From IMG/VR virus record IMGVR_UViG_3300032232_000888, positions 1 through 42,808 of that record: a DNA stretch of 42,808 bases; one strand, 5' to 3'. The translations under genes were made by a program, and so were the position numbers. The notes beneath the pieces are model-generated. The model did no database searches. It saw only the letters and a list, made by a program, of their open reading frames with translations, and was not told where the DNA came from. Below, one piece after another: positions 29,422 through 37,633 of the stretch. This DNA comes from a virus (lineage: Duplodnaviria > Caudoviricetes). How positions within the stretch are numbered: the first letter of the stretch is position 1; each line of letters starts with the position of its first letter.

Positions 29422-30385
29422 GCAAGAATTTATCAATTGGTATCGCTGGTCGCTTTCTATCAAGGATTGCGATCCAGCGATATTCATGACGAACTACTTG
29501 TTCCGTAGGTTCGAGCATAACAGAGAACAAAAACTCTGGATTGCTTGGATCTATGGAACAACGTATTATCTTCCTACAACATGGGTGGTATGGAATGAAT
29601 TCCCAGATTTCGAACTCGTCGGTGTCGAACGACTCCGCGAATGGAACAATAACAATTACAAACGGCTCCGTTATCAAACTGACACCAAGTGGAACAAAGG
29701 TCATCTTCCAGCCCAGTTCGAAAGCTATAAGCAATGGGTTGGTGATAAGTCTCAACGCCAAGCATTTGAACAATTCCTTACAGGCACCCCAAGAGAAAAC
29801 TTCGAACAGCTCTGGCCAGAAGTAAAGAGCAAGTTCCACAAGTTTGGTAGATACTCAACTTGGTTTTATTTACAAACCCTTAAACAATGTTGCGATATGC
29901 CAATAGAACCGTCTACTCTTATGCTAGATGATCACGATGGTAGTCGTTCTCATCGTAATGGTTTGCTTATGGCTCTTGGGCTTGATGAATGGTACGATCA
30001 AAAACTTACACCATCTCAAGTAAACTATATTGAAGGTCAGGCTTATTATATCTTACAGGAAGTGAAACAGGAATTTCCTAACACCGACTATTTCGATATG
30101 GAAACCTGTTTGTGTTCATTCAAGAAATTATTCCGTAAGTCAAAGGGTAGATATCTTGGGTACTACCTTGATCGTCAGGCAGAAGAAATCCAGCAGTGTG
30201 AAAAAGATGGTTGGTTTGGTATTGACTGGCAACCATTATGGGATTCAAGAGTTGAAACTTTAGAAAATAAACTCTTGACTAATAAGATAGATAATAGTAA
30301 AATGAGTTTGTACCTTGATAATAATATACTAGATGCAACAGGACTTTTCGAAAAGAAAAGCGTTGGACTCGAGGAGTTTTTTTAA
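29390..30385 (+). CDS. aGPT-Pplase2 / amino-acid:DNA transferase-like protein (HhH-glycosylase fold)
   Basis: DCDP, KFGRYSTW, SHRNGL, METCLCSFKK and YLGYYLDR motifs; context of kinase plus TET-like gene. Confidence 0.72.
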   Translation: MSRLLPQKQRKQEFINWYRWSLSIKDCDPAIFMTNYLFRRFEHNREQKLWIAWIYGTTYYLPTTWVVWNEFPDFELVGVERLREWNNNNYKRLRYQTDTKWNKGHLPAQFESYKQWVGDKSQRQAFEQFLTGTPRENFEQLWPEVKSKFHKFGRYSTWFYLQTLKQCCDMPIEPSTLMLDDHDGSRSHRNGLLMALGLDEWYDQKLTPSQVNYIEGQAYYILQEVKQEFPNTDYFDMETCLCSFKKLFRKSKGRYLGYYLDRQAEEIQQCEKDGWFGIDWQPLWDSRVETLENKLLTNKIDNSKMSLYLDNNILDATGLFEKKSVGLEEFF

Positions 30386-30939
30386 TGAAGGTTATTGCTA
30401 TTGGTGGAGAGCCAGGTGCTGGCAAGTCCACTTTGATGAAACGTCTTATCAAAGAGTTTAATGTTGTTCCAAAATATAATGAGTATAAACTTGTACCATA
30501 TCTTCAATACTTCGAAATTTTTATTCTTGGTAAGTATGAAGAAGGCGAAGTGTTTTCTGGTACGGATAGAATGTCTATGGCGGTTCAGCCAGAGGCAATA
30601 AAATTCCTTGCCTATTTGCCAGAACATAGTATACTATTATATGAAGGCGATAGGTTATTCACATCATCGTTCCTTGAACATTGTGTTGAAAAATATGATA
30701 CTGAAATTATCTATTTGAAAACTGATAAGTCAGTTCGCCAGGATAGATATAAGGAACGTGGATCCGAGCAAAACGAAACTTGGCTTGCTGGTCGCGAAAC
30801 AAAGGTTTCAAATATTATGACTAACTTCGCTTTGATGTTTAATACAAAAACGTTTTCTAACAACACATTAGAAGAACAAGATGTAGTATTTGAATACATT
30901 AAAAATACAGTGAACAATGGTAAACATTATGAGCGATGA
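30385..30939 (+). CDS. P-loop nucleotide kinase (modification-cluster associated)
   Basis: GGEPGAGKST Walker A; GTDRMSMAVQP, EGDRL and RYKERGS motifs. Confidence 0.8.
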   Translation: MKVIAIGGEPGAGKSTLMKRLIKEFNVVPKYNEYKLVPYLQYFEIFILGKYEEGEVFSGTDRMSMAVQPEAIKFLAYLPEHSILLYEGDRLFTSSFLEHCVEKYDTEIIYLKTDKSVRQDRYKERGSEQNETWLAGRETKVSNIMTNFALMFNTKTFSNNTLEEQDVVFEYIKNTVNNGKHYER

Positions 30940-31327
30940 AACTAAACCATACGATCCATCGTTCAATCAAGCTTTGATTGTTTCTCCTCCTCCATATCCT
31001 TCTATTGAAGAACTTATCTCTATCTTTGTTAAAGAAAAGGAAACAGAAGTAATGATTTATAAATATGCCGAAAATGAAATTATCTCTGATTTTCATGACT
31101 ATATAGATAAGACGTATGAGGAACACTATAAGACAAATATGAAGAGCATTGAATGTTTTGATGCTTGGATCGCTCTTGGTGATTCGACCGATACGTTTCG
31201 TAACACAGCATTAAAGTATCTTTGGCGTTATGGAAAAAAGAACGGCAAGAATAAAGCTGATTTGATGAAGGCTCTACATTACACACTAATGTGTTTGTAT
31301 GTTGATCACTATAAGGATGATAAGTAA
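30917..31327 (+). CDS. DUF3310-like protein
   Basis: HY...IECFD...KYLWRYGKKNG...DLMKALHY motif; the true start may be ATG 31052 (AAGGA RBS). Confidence 0.75.
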   Translation: MVNIMSDETKPYDPSFNQALIVSPPPYPSIEELISIFVKEKETEVMIYKYAENEIISDFHDYIDKTYEEHYKTNMKSIECFDAWIALGDSTDTFRNTALKYLWRYGKKNGKNKADLMKALHYTLMCLYVDHYKDDK

Positions 31328-32181
31328 TGGAAATTAAGATTGATCTTGAAGCTCTTAGAAAGCGTGGATTGTTTCTAGCAACGCCTATGTATGGTGGTGC
31401 TTGTGCTGGTATGTTTGCTAAATCAACAGCAGATCTTTCGGCTCTGTGTACCCAGTATGGTATCCCTCTTCAGATGTACTTCTTGTTTAACGAGTCATTG
31501 ATTACTCGTGCAAGAAACTATTGCTGTGATGAGTTTATGCGTTCAACTTCTGAACACATGCTTTTCATTGACTCTGATATTGGATTTAATCCACAAGATG
31601 TTATTGCTATGATGGCTCTTCAGGCACAAGACGAAGAGAAGTATGAAATCATTGGTGGTCCTTATCCTAAGAAGTGCATTAGCTGGGAAAAGATTAAGTC
31701 TGCTGTTGATAAGGGTATTGCTGATGAAGATGCCAATGTTCTTGAAAAGTTTGTTGGTGACTTTGTTTTTAACCCAAAGGGTGGACAGCAGAGCATTGCT
31801 ATCGGCGAGCCTTGTGAAGTTTTAGAAATTGGTACAGGTTTCATGATGGTTACTAAGAAGGCGATGCAAAAGTTTGCTGACAAGTATCCTGAATACCTCT
31901 ATCGCCCCGATCATGTTCGCACTGAACATTTCGACGGTAGCCGTGAGATTATGATGTTCTTTCAGGCAGAGGTTGATCCTGTTTCTAAGCGTTATCTATC
32001 AGAAGATTATTGGTTCTGTCAGAAGGCACAAGCCGCTGATATTAAGACATGGTTCTGCCCATGGATGAAGCTCCAGCATGTTGGAACTTATATCTTTGGT
32101 GGATCATTGGCAGATCTAGCATCAATCGGTGCTGCTGCAACTGCTGACCCAGGTGCGCTTGGCGGCAAAAAGAAGAAGTGA
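31327..32181 (+). CDS. GT-A fold glycosyltransferase-like protein
   Basis: ATPMYGG, ESLITRARN, FIDSD (DxD), GTGFMM and LSEDYWFC motifs. Confidence 0.75.
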   Translation: MEIKIDLEALRKRGLFLATPMYGGACAGMFAKSTADLSALCTQYGIPLQMYFLFNESLITRARNYCCDEFMRSTSEHMLFIDSDIGFNPQDVIAMMALQAQDEEKYEIIGGPYPKKCISWEKIKSAVDKGIADEDANVLEKFVGDFVFNPKGGQQSIAIGEPCEVLEIGTGFMMVTKKAMQKFADKYPEYLYRPDHVRTEHFDGSREIMMFFQAEVDPVSKRYLSEDYWFCQKAQAADIKTWFCPWMKLQHVGTYIFGGSLADLASIGAAATADPGALGGKKKK

Positions 32182-32197
32182 GAAAGGGAACTACATT

Positions 32198-32851
32198 ATG
32201 AAAATTGATGCATACACAATCGGTATTTTGAAGAACTTTGCTAAGATTAATCCTTCTATTCTTGTTCAAGAAGGAAATACTTTGAAGACAATCTCAACTT
32301 CAAAGACAATCATGGCTAGGGCGCATGTTACAACTCAGTTTGATACGCGATTTGCTATCTATAATCTTGATCAGTTTATTTCAACACTTAGTATCTTCAA
32401 CGATCCAGAGTTGACGTTTTTTGATAAGGAAGTAAAAATTTCTGATAAGAAAATGAATATGAACTTTAAATATGCTGATGAGAATACTGTAACTAAGGTT
32501 CCTGAAAAGGAAATCAACTTACCTTCAATTGAAGTTTCGTTTAATCTTACTAACGAAAACTTGAAGGATGTTGAACGAGCTATTGGTATTCTTGGTTTGC
32601 CTGAAATTGTTGTTACTGGTGATGGTACAAACATTTTCTTGCAGGGTGTTGATAGTAAGAACATTTCTGGTCATGTTTTTTATATCAATATTGGCACAAC
32701 TGATAAGGTATTCAAGGCTATCTTTAAGTCAGAAAATATTAAGGTAATTCCAGGTGATTATGAAGTTTCTATTTCCTCTCGTGGTATTTCCCACTTCAAG
32801 GGAAGTGAAGCAGAGTACTGGATTGCTGTTGAGCAAACGTCAACTTTCTAA
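32198..32851 (+). CDS. gp45: Sliding clamp, gp45
   Basis: ILKNFAKINPSI, FAIYNLDQF and YWIAVE motifs; ATG at 32198; precedes the clamp loader. Confidence 0.92.
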   Translation: MKIDAYTIGILKNFAKINPSILVQEGNTLKTISTSKTIMARAHVTTQFDTRFAIYNLDQFISTLSIFNDPELTFFDKEVKISDKKMNMNFKYADENTVTKVPEKEINLPSIEVSFNLTNENLKDVERAIGILGLPEIVVTGDGTNIFLQGVDSKNISGHVFYINIGTTDKVFKAIFKSENIKVIPGDYEVSISSRGISHFKGSEAEYWIAVEQTSTF

Positions 32852-32852
32852 G

Positions 32853-32881
32853 TTGACTTTTATTTCGGGAGGGTTTATAAT
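32853..32881 (+). promoter_or_regulatory. Sigma70-like promoter upstream of gp44
   Basis: TTGACT-N17-TATAAT. Confidence 0.7.
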
Positions 32882-32895
32882 AACCCTCCCTTTTT
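32867..32895 (+). terminator. Intrinsic terminator-like hairpin after gp45
   Basis: GGGAGGGTT-TATAAT-AACCCTCCC followed by TTTTT. Confidence 0.7.
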
Positions 32896-32910
32896 ATTAT
32901 GGAGCATGTG

Positions 32911-33849
32911 ATGAACGAAGAATTTCTTTGGGTCGAAAAGTATCGCCCGAAAACAATTGATGACACCATCCTTCCTGTTGATTTGAAGGCAACCTTTCAA
33001 CAGTTTGTTGATCAAAAGAATATCCCTAACCTTATCCTATCTGGTAGTGCTGGCGTTGGTAAAACGACAGTAGCCCGTGCTATGCTTGAACAGCTGGGAT
33101 GCGACTACATTGTAATTAACGGATCTATGAATGGCAATATTGACACCCTCCGAAACGAAATCCTCAACTTCGCCAGTACAGTGTCCTTCTCAGGTGGACG
33201 CAAGTACGTTATCCTTGATGAGGCAGACTATCTCAACGCAAATTCTACACAGCCCGCACTACGTAACTTTATGGAAGAATTCTCAAGGAACTGCGGATTC
33301 ATTCTCACATGTAATTTTAAGAACCGGATTATCGAGCCACTCCACTCTCGGTGTTCTGTAATTGATTTCAAGATCAGCAAGAAGGATATGGTCAAGCTCG
33401 CATTGCAGTTTATGAAGCGAGTTAACTTTATCCTCAATACAGAAAACGTTAAGTATGAATCAGCTGTAATTGCTGAGGTGATTCAGAAGCACTTCCCTGA
33501 CTGGCGTCGTGTACTCAATGAGCTTCAGCGGTATGCGGTGTCAGGTAAGATCGATTCTGGCATTCTTGCTAATATGCAGGACAACAGTATCCGAGAACTA
33601 ATTCATTTTATGAAGGATAGAGATTTTACTGAGGTTCGTAAATGGGTAAAAAACAATCTTGATACAGACGTCAATGTTTTGTATAACCAGTTCTATGATT
33701 CTGCTTCTGACTATTTCACACCTGATAGCATTCCTATGTTGGTGTTGCATATCGCAACCTATCAATACCAGAATGCGTTTTCTGCCAATCCTGAAATCAA
33801 CTTCTCTGCATTCTGTGCGCATGTTATGCTTGACCTTGAGTTCGTCTGA
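32911..33849 (+). CDS. gp44: Clamp loader large subunit, gp44
   Basis: LWVEKYRP, GSAGVGKTT, ILDEAD and SRC motifs. Confidence 0.96.
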   Translation: MNEEFLWVEKYRPKTIDDTILPVDLKATFQQFVDQKNIPNLILSGSAGVGKTTVARAMLEQLGCDYIVINGSMNGNIDTLRNEILNFASTVSFSGGRKYVILDEADYLNANSTQPALRNFMEEFSRNCGFILTCNFKNRIIEPLHSRCSVIDFKISKKDMVKLALQFMKRVNFILNTENVKYESAVIAEVIQKHFPDWRRVLNELQRYAVSGKIDSGILANMQDNSIRELIHFMKDRDFTEVRKWVKNNLDTDVNVLYNQFYDSASDYFTPDSIPMLVLHIATYQYQNAFSANPEINFSAFCAHVMLDLEFV

Positions 33850-34319
33850 TGTTTTTAGATGTAACGCTAGAGCCAAGGAAAGTTGAAGTAGTAATTGAGG
33901 AAGAAGAAAAGAGATACGATTGGTGTTATGAAAACAGTATAAATTTTGGTAAAGTTCTTATAGACCTAGACAAGCCTCAAGAGTTTAAATATAATAAATG
34001 GCGCACCAACAGTTCTTTGTCTATGCACAAGGATACTATTGATGTTGCTCAGAAAATGAATCAGAATCACCACCTTTCTGATAAGCTTCATTATCATTTT
34101 CTTTTCCATAAGGTTCGTAAACAAAAACGGTATGGTAAAAAGAAAACCGAGGCAGAAAAGAAGCTCGAGAAGCAACTCGAGCAAGAAGCTAAGATAATCT
34201 CTTTAATCCAAGATTATTATAAATATAATATTGTGCGAGCGAAAGAGGCGTACAAGATCCTAACGAAGGATCAGATTGAATTGATTAAACAAAAACAAGA
34301 AAAAGGTGGAGCTAAATGA
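33849..34319 (+). CDS. gp62: Clamp loader small subunit, gp62
   Basis: Position between gp44 and regA; N..LS...D, HYHFLF..VRK and YY.YN..RAKE motifs. Confidence 0.85.
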   Translation: MFLDVTLEPRKVEVVIEEEEKRYDWCYENSINFGKVLIDLDKPQEFKYNKWRTNSSLSMHKDTIDVAQKMNQNHHLSDKLHYHFLFHKVRKQKRYGKKKTEAEKKLEKQLEQEAKIISLIQDYYKYNIVRAKEAYKILTKDQIELIKQKQEKGGAK

Positions 34320-34717
34320 ATGATTTACTTAACTCGTTAGTAGAGGTGAAGATAGCCGAAGAAGAAGATTTCCTAAAGATCAAAGAAACTCTCACTCGCA
34401 TTGGTGTTGCCTCTCGTAAAGAAAAGAAACTTTATCAATCCTGTCACATTTTCCATAAGCAGGGCAAATACTACATTGTACATTTCAAAGAGATGTTCGC
34501 AATTGATGGTAAGCCATCTAACTTTTCTGATGAAGACAAGGGTCGCCGTAATAAGATCATTGAACTTCTTCAGGATTGGGGATTGCTTAAGGTCGTAGAA
34601 GCTCCTTCTATCAAGGATCCGTTAGCTTCTATGAGTCAGATTAAGATCATCAATCATAAAGAAAAAGATGAATGGACTCTCGAAGCCAAATATAATATGG
34701 GTCGTAAAAAGAAGTGA
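34316..34717 (+). CDS. regA: Translational repressor RegA
   Basis: DFLKIKETLTRIGVAS...LYQSCHIFHKQGKYYIVHFKE motif. Confidence 0.96.
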   Translation: MNDLLNSLVEVKIAEEEDFLKIKETLTRIGVASRKEKKLYQSCHIFHKQGKYYIVHFKEMFAIDGKPSNFSDEDKGRRNKIIELLQDWGLLKVVEAPSIKDPLASMSQIKIINHKEKDEWTLEAKYNMGRKKK

Positions 34718-34731
34718 GGTAATTATTTGTT

Positions 34732-35088
34732 ATGAAAATGCCGTGGATAATTCAGAGAAAACCTGCTACACCAGCCGAAGAACAGATAGAGCGAATTAAG
34801 GCTCTTCTGTTCCCACCCCTAGTCCTTCAACAAGAAATGCAAAGCGATGGGAACCCAATCAAGTTCCATATCGATTACTCTGCAGATTCTAATTTGGACG
34901 CTGCCCTCATGGATCTCCAAGAAGGGTATAATGATCCTGCTGCACATAAGACAATTCTTGATGTTATCAAGAGGCTAAATAAACTCCGAACGATGCTAGA
35001 AGCATACGCCGAACTTGACAAAGACGCCAAGTATATTTTAGTCGAGAACATGGAGCAGGATCCAGATGTTACAGCTGCAGAAAACTGA
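34732..35088 (+). CDS. Hypothetical protein
   Basis: GAGG RBS; 118-aa ORF in the operon direction. Confidence 0.6.
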   Translation: MKMPWIIQRKPATPAEEQIERIKALLFPPLVLQQEMQSDGNPIKFHIDYSADSNLDAALMDLQEGYNDPAAHKTILDVIKRLNKLRTMLEAYAELDKDAKYILVENMEQDPDVTAAEN

Positions 35089-35269
35089 CATAGAAGATTT
35101 TATGGAAGCTCTGGAGGAGATGATGGATTCCCGAGATGACATGTGGTTCGAGCAGAAATACTGTAACATCCATAAGTTTCTCTACATCAAAGAGCATAGA
35201 TATGATCGCGCTAAGAAAAAAGTGCGCGACTATCTTGAGAAAATTATCGACACATCCTCAGAAAAATAA
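35066..35269 (+). CDS. Hypothetical protein
   Basis: 67-aa ORF overlapping the previous stop. Confidence 0.5.
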   Translation: MLQLQKTDIEDFMEALEEMMDSRDDMWFEQKYCNIHKFLYIKEHRYDRAKKKVRDYLEKIIDTSSEK

Positions 35270-35272
35270 CGC

Positions 35273-35301
35273 TTGACTTCTGACTCCCAATAGGGTATAC
35301 T
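35273..35301 (+). promoter_or_regulatory. Early (sigma70-like) promoter
   Basis: TTGACT-N17-TATACT; same consensus as at 36105, 36475 and 37568. Confidence 0.8.
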
Positions 35302-35325
35302 TAGTGAATAATAAGGGAGTCGCTG

Positions 35326-35739
35326 ATGACGATGCATCTTCTACCTGCTTTTTATACCACTACTACTACTCGTAAACGTAAGCCTGGCAATAACAAACGC
35401 CAAGCTCTAGCTAGAGCTGAGCACGAGGCTTGGGTCCAGTCTATGACTGGTGGTAAAAAAGCTGATAAAAAAGTGCTTGACTTTAAATGGAAACAGCGGT
35501 ATACTAATGATATGATGGTTGATCGGAGTGGTTACGTCTCTGCAGGAATGTCCGGTTCTGCGTCTTCCTGTACTAATCGTAGCCTGATGAGCAACCTCCA
35601 TAAAGAGCCTGAACATGTCCGTAAGGAAATTCTGGCCAAGGCAAGCAGGGTTATGCCCCTGTTTAATAAAGGTGGGTTGCAGTACGCTACCCCAGAAACT
35701 GATATGACTCAAGTCGGTTCCAAGTCTAGGAGAGGTTAA
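35326..35739 (+). CDS. Hypothetical basic early protein
   Basis: GGGAG RBS downstream of a promoter; C-terminal PLFNKGGLQY motif. Confidence 0.65.
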   Translation: MTMHLLPAFYTTTTTRKRKPGNNKRQALARAEHEAWVQSMTGGKKADKKVLDFKWKQRYTNDMMVDRSGYVSAGMSGSASSCTNRSLMSNLHKEPEHVRKEILAKASRVMPLFNKGGLQYATPETDMTQVGSKSRRG

Positions 35740-35927
35740 TGAAGATCGCTGATAAGCTTAAGAAGATTAATGGTTCTCTGACTGTTAATCTCTATGATAA
35801 TGGATATATGGTTGAAGTGAGTGGTCGTGATTTCGATGACGACTATACTGATGTTAGGATCGTTTGTCTTACTGTTGAACAGATCAACGAGATTATCGCT
35901 GAAGCAGTGGAGATGGAGAAGTCCTAA
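35739..35927 (+). CDS. Hypothetical protein
   Basis: TAATG-coupled 62-aa ORF with GGAGAGG RBS. Confidence 0.65.
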   Translation: MKIADKLKKINGSLTVNLYDNGYMVEVSGRDFDDDYTDVRIVCLTVEQINEIIAEAVEMEKS

Positions 35928-36094
35928 TGGTACAGATCCAGCTTCAAGATACTAGTGGTAACTGGCGTACTTACGGCGTTACCCAAGACAATTCCCAGAG
36001 AGTTCTCTCTGAGATGAAGCAGCTTGCTTCCAGGTTTCCCGATCAACGGGTCCGAGCTGTGGATATGGATGGAAAATTAGTTGACATTCTTTGA
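35927..36094 (+). CDS. Hypothetical protein (55 aa, not in the ORF track)
   Basis: MVQIQLQDTSGNWRTYGVTQDNSQRVLSEMKQLASRFPDQRVRAVDMDGKLVDIL; TAATG coupling and GGAG RBS. Confidence 0.65.
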   Translation: MVQIQLQDTSGNWRTYGVTQDNSQRVLSEMKQLASRFPDQRVRAVDMDGKLVDIL

Positions 36095-36104
36095 AAAAAA
36101 GTGG

Positions 36105-36133
36105 TTGACTTTAAGGCAAAAGTGAAGTATACT
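36105..36133 (+). promoter_or_regulatory. Early (sigma70-like) promoter
   Basis: TTGACT-N17-TATACT with an upstream A tract. Confidence 0.8.
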
Positions 36134-36164
36134 AACTAAATAATGAACCTTATGGAGAAATAGA

Positions 36165-36416
36165 ATGACTCAGACTGCTCGTGTATTGACTGCCCTTCAG
36201 AATGGTGAGGAACTCACCGCCAAGCAGATTGCCTCACGCTTTAGTGTTGCTAATCCGCATGACGTTGTGTATCAGCTTCGTAACCAGGGTTACTGCATCT
36301 ATCTTAATGAGAAGCGTAACTCGAAGGGCGATGTAAAGGGTAAGTACCGCATTGGTACTCCATCTCGTGCTCTAATCGCAGCTGGCTATAAGGCCATGTC
36401 TGCCGGTCTCGTCTAA
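36165..36416 (+). CDS. Winged helix-turn-helix DNA-binding protein
   Basis: VLTALQNGEELTAKQIASRFSVANPHDVVYQLRNQGYCI followed by a wing; has its own promoter and terminator. Confidence 0.75.
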   Translation: MTQTARVLTALQNGEELTAKQIASRFSVANPHDVVYQLRNQGYCIYLNEKRNSKGDVKGKYRIGTPSRALIAAGYKAMSAGLV

Positions 36417-36438
36417 TAAGTTCCTGAAATAGGATCTT

Positions 36439-36470
36439 GAAGGCGGGACCCAAAAAGTCCCGCCTTTTTT
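36439..36470 (+). terminator. Intrinsic terminator
   Basis: AAGGCGGGAC-CCAAAAA-GTCCCGCCTT followed by a T run. Confidence 0.88.
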
Positions 36471-36474
36471 ATGC

Positions 36475-36503
36475 TTGACTTTAAAACGATTGTCAGGTAT
36501 ACT
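36475..36503 (+). promoter_or_regulatory. Promoter at the head of the ncRNA/tRNA cluster
   Basis: TTGACT-N17-TATACT. Confidence 0.8.
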
Positions 36504-36547
36504 AAGTGAATAATAAAGACTACGCTGTTTGACATTGTTGGAAGCAG

Positions 36548-36874
36548 AAGCAATCGAAAGGTTGTTTCTTCATGGATATACAGAGCGACGCAAGATACCT
36601 TAGTGGTTGTCGGCATATCATGCGGTCTTGGTAGTGTTATGTACTGTAGGCATACAGGCTGTATATCTTTGAAGAAACAACTTATTAGGTGTGGTGTTAT
36701 GGAAAATCCCAGTGTTCCTGGGCAGCGCACAGTCAATGGGTCCTCTGTCCTGCAGGCACGGCCAATACTGAGTTGTAATCGAAATAGGAGTCATGACCTG
36801 AAATAAGATTACAGAGTAAAGCGAACGGTATGGCGGTCTATCCATATCCATAACATGACATCACTCCTAATAAG
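36548..36874 (+). ncRNA. Unassigned large structured RNA(s) leading the tRNA cluster
   Basis: Long helix 36559-36583 pairing with 36659-36683, and a second domain closed by 36681-36703 / 36847-36874; no convincing ORF. Confidence 0.6.
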
Positions 36875-36878
36875 CATT

Positions 36879-36953
36879 GGACTCTTAGCGCAATGGTAGA
36901 GCATCGGACTTTTAATCCGCTGGTTCCGGGTTCGAGTCCCGGAGAGTCCACCA
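36879..36953 (+). tRNA. tRNA-Lys(UUU)
   Basis: Cloverleaf, loop CTTTTAA, TTCGAGT T-loop, encoded CCA. Confidence 0.93.
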
Positions 36954-36956
36954 TAA

Positions 36957-37029
36957 TTGCTTGTAGGGAGAGCCGAGTCGCTCCCGCATGTATTGGAGAG
37001 GCGTAAGCCTGGCGGTATACAGCAAGCAA
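36957..37029 (+). ncRNA. Small multibranch structured RNA between tRNAs
   Basis: TTGCTTG/CAAGCAA closing stem; GGGAG/CTCCC, TGTAT/ATACA and AGGC-GTAA-GCCT hairpins. Confidence 0.45.
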
Positions 37030-37038
37030 ACTATATAC

Positions 37039-37113
37039 TGGCGTATAGCTCAGTGGTAGAGCACTGTCCTGATAAGACAGGGGTCAATGGATCGTAACCA
37101 TTTACGCCAACCA
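37039..37113 (+). tRNA. tRNA-Ile(GAU)
   Basis: Cloverleaf, loop CTGATAA, atypical T-loop ATCGTAA, CCA. Confidence 0.88.
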
Positions 37114-37117
37114 ATAA

Positions 37118-37194
37118 CGGAGATTGGCTCAGTCTGGTAGAGCATTCGCTTTGGGAGCGAAGGGTCGCAGGTTCGAATCCTGCATCTCCGACCA
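37118..37194 (+). tRNA. tRNA-Pro(UGG)
   Basis: Cloverleaf, loop TTTGGGA, CCA. Confidence 0.94.
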
Positions 37195-37200
37195 AATAAC

Positions 37201-37290
37201 GGAAGAATGGCCGAGTGGTTGATGGCTCTAGTCTTGAAAACTAGCATACCTGCAAGGGTATCGTGGGTTCGAATCCTACTTCTTCCGCCA
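37201..37290 (+). tRNA. tRNA-Ser(UGA)
   Basis: Cloverleaf with long variable arm, loop CTTGAAA, G73, CCA. Confidence 0.94.
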
Positions 37291-37304
37291 TAAATAAAAG
37301 AATT

Positions 37305-37391
37305 GAGTAGGCTGCAGAGACGGTGGACTGCAACGGACTGTAAATCCGTCCTCTAAGAGCGTTGTGGGTTCGAATCCTACCCTACTCACCA
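37305..37391 (+). tRNA. tRNA-Tyr(GUA)
   Basis: Loop CTGTAAA, long variable arm, CCA. Confidence 0.9.
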
Positions 37392-37397
37392 TAATAT

Positions 37398-37475
37398 CCT
37401 CTGTTAGTGTAGCGGTCTAACATACCCGCCTTTCAAGCGCGGAGATCATCGGTTCAAATCCGATACAGAGGACCA
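37398..37475 (+). tRNA. tRNA-Glu(UUC)
   Basis: Loop CTTTCAA, imperfect anticodon stem, TTCAAAT T-loop, CCA. Confidence 0.85.
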
Positions 37476-37481
37476 AATAAT

Positions 37482-37557
37482 GGACCGATAGCTCAGTTGG
37501 TAGAGCAGCCGACTCTTAATCGGCTTGTCGTGGGTTCGATCCCCTCTCGGTCTACCA
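37482..37557 (+). tRNA. tRNA-Lys(CUU)
   Basis: Loop CTCTTAA, CCA. Confidence 0.93.
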
Positions 37558-37567
37558 AAAATAACGC

Positions 37568-37596
37568 TTGACTATATACATTAGGCGTTATATACT
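37568..37596 (+). promoter_or_regulatory. Sigma70-like promoter for the OMP gene
   Basis: TTGACT-N17-TATACT. Confidence 0.8.
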
Positions 37597-37633
37597 ATGT
37601 AAGTATGTGTATCAATAAACAAAGGAAAGAAAT

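Noticed and set aside
31058-31065. Intragenic TATAAATA matches (also at 11231 and 34218) as late promoters
   Set aside because: They lie within coding sequence in an AT-rich genome, so chance occurrence cannot be excluded without transcript data.
1676-34717. Alternative genetic code, introns or inteins in core genes
   Set aside because: Core genes are full length and uninterrupted under the standard bacterial code, TAA/TAG/TGA all act as stops, and no suppressor tRNA is present in the window.
384-35712. Numerous minus-strand and alternate-frame ORFs of 60-170 aa nested in core genes
   Set aside because: These are shadows of well-supported + strand T4-like genes; none has independent signals.
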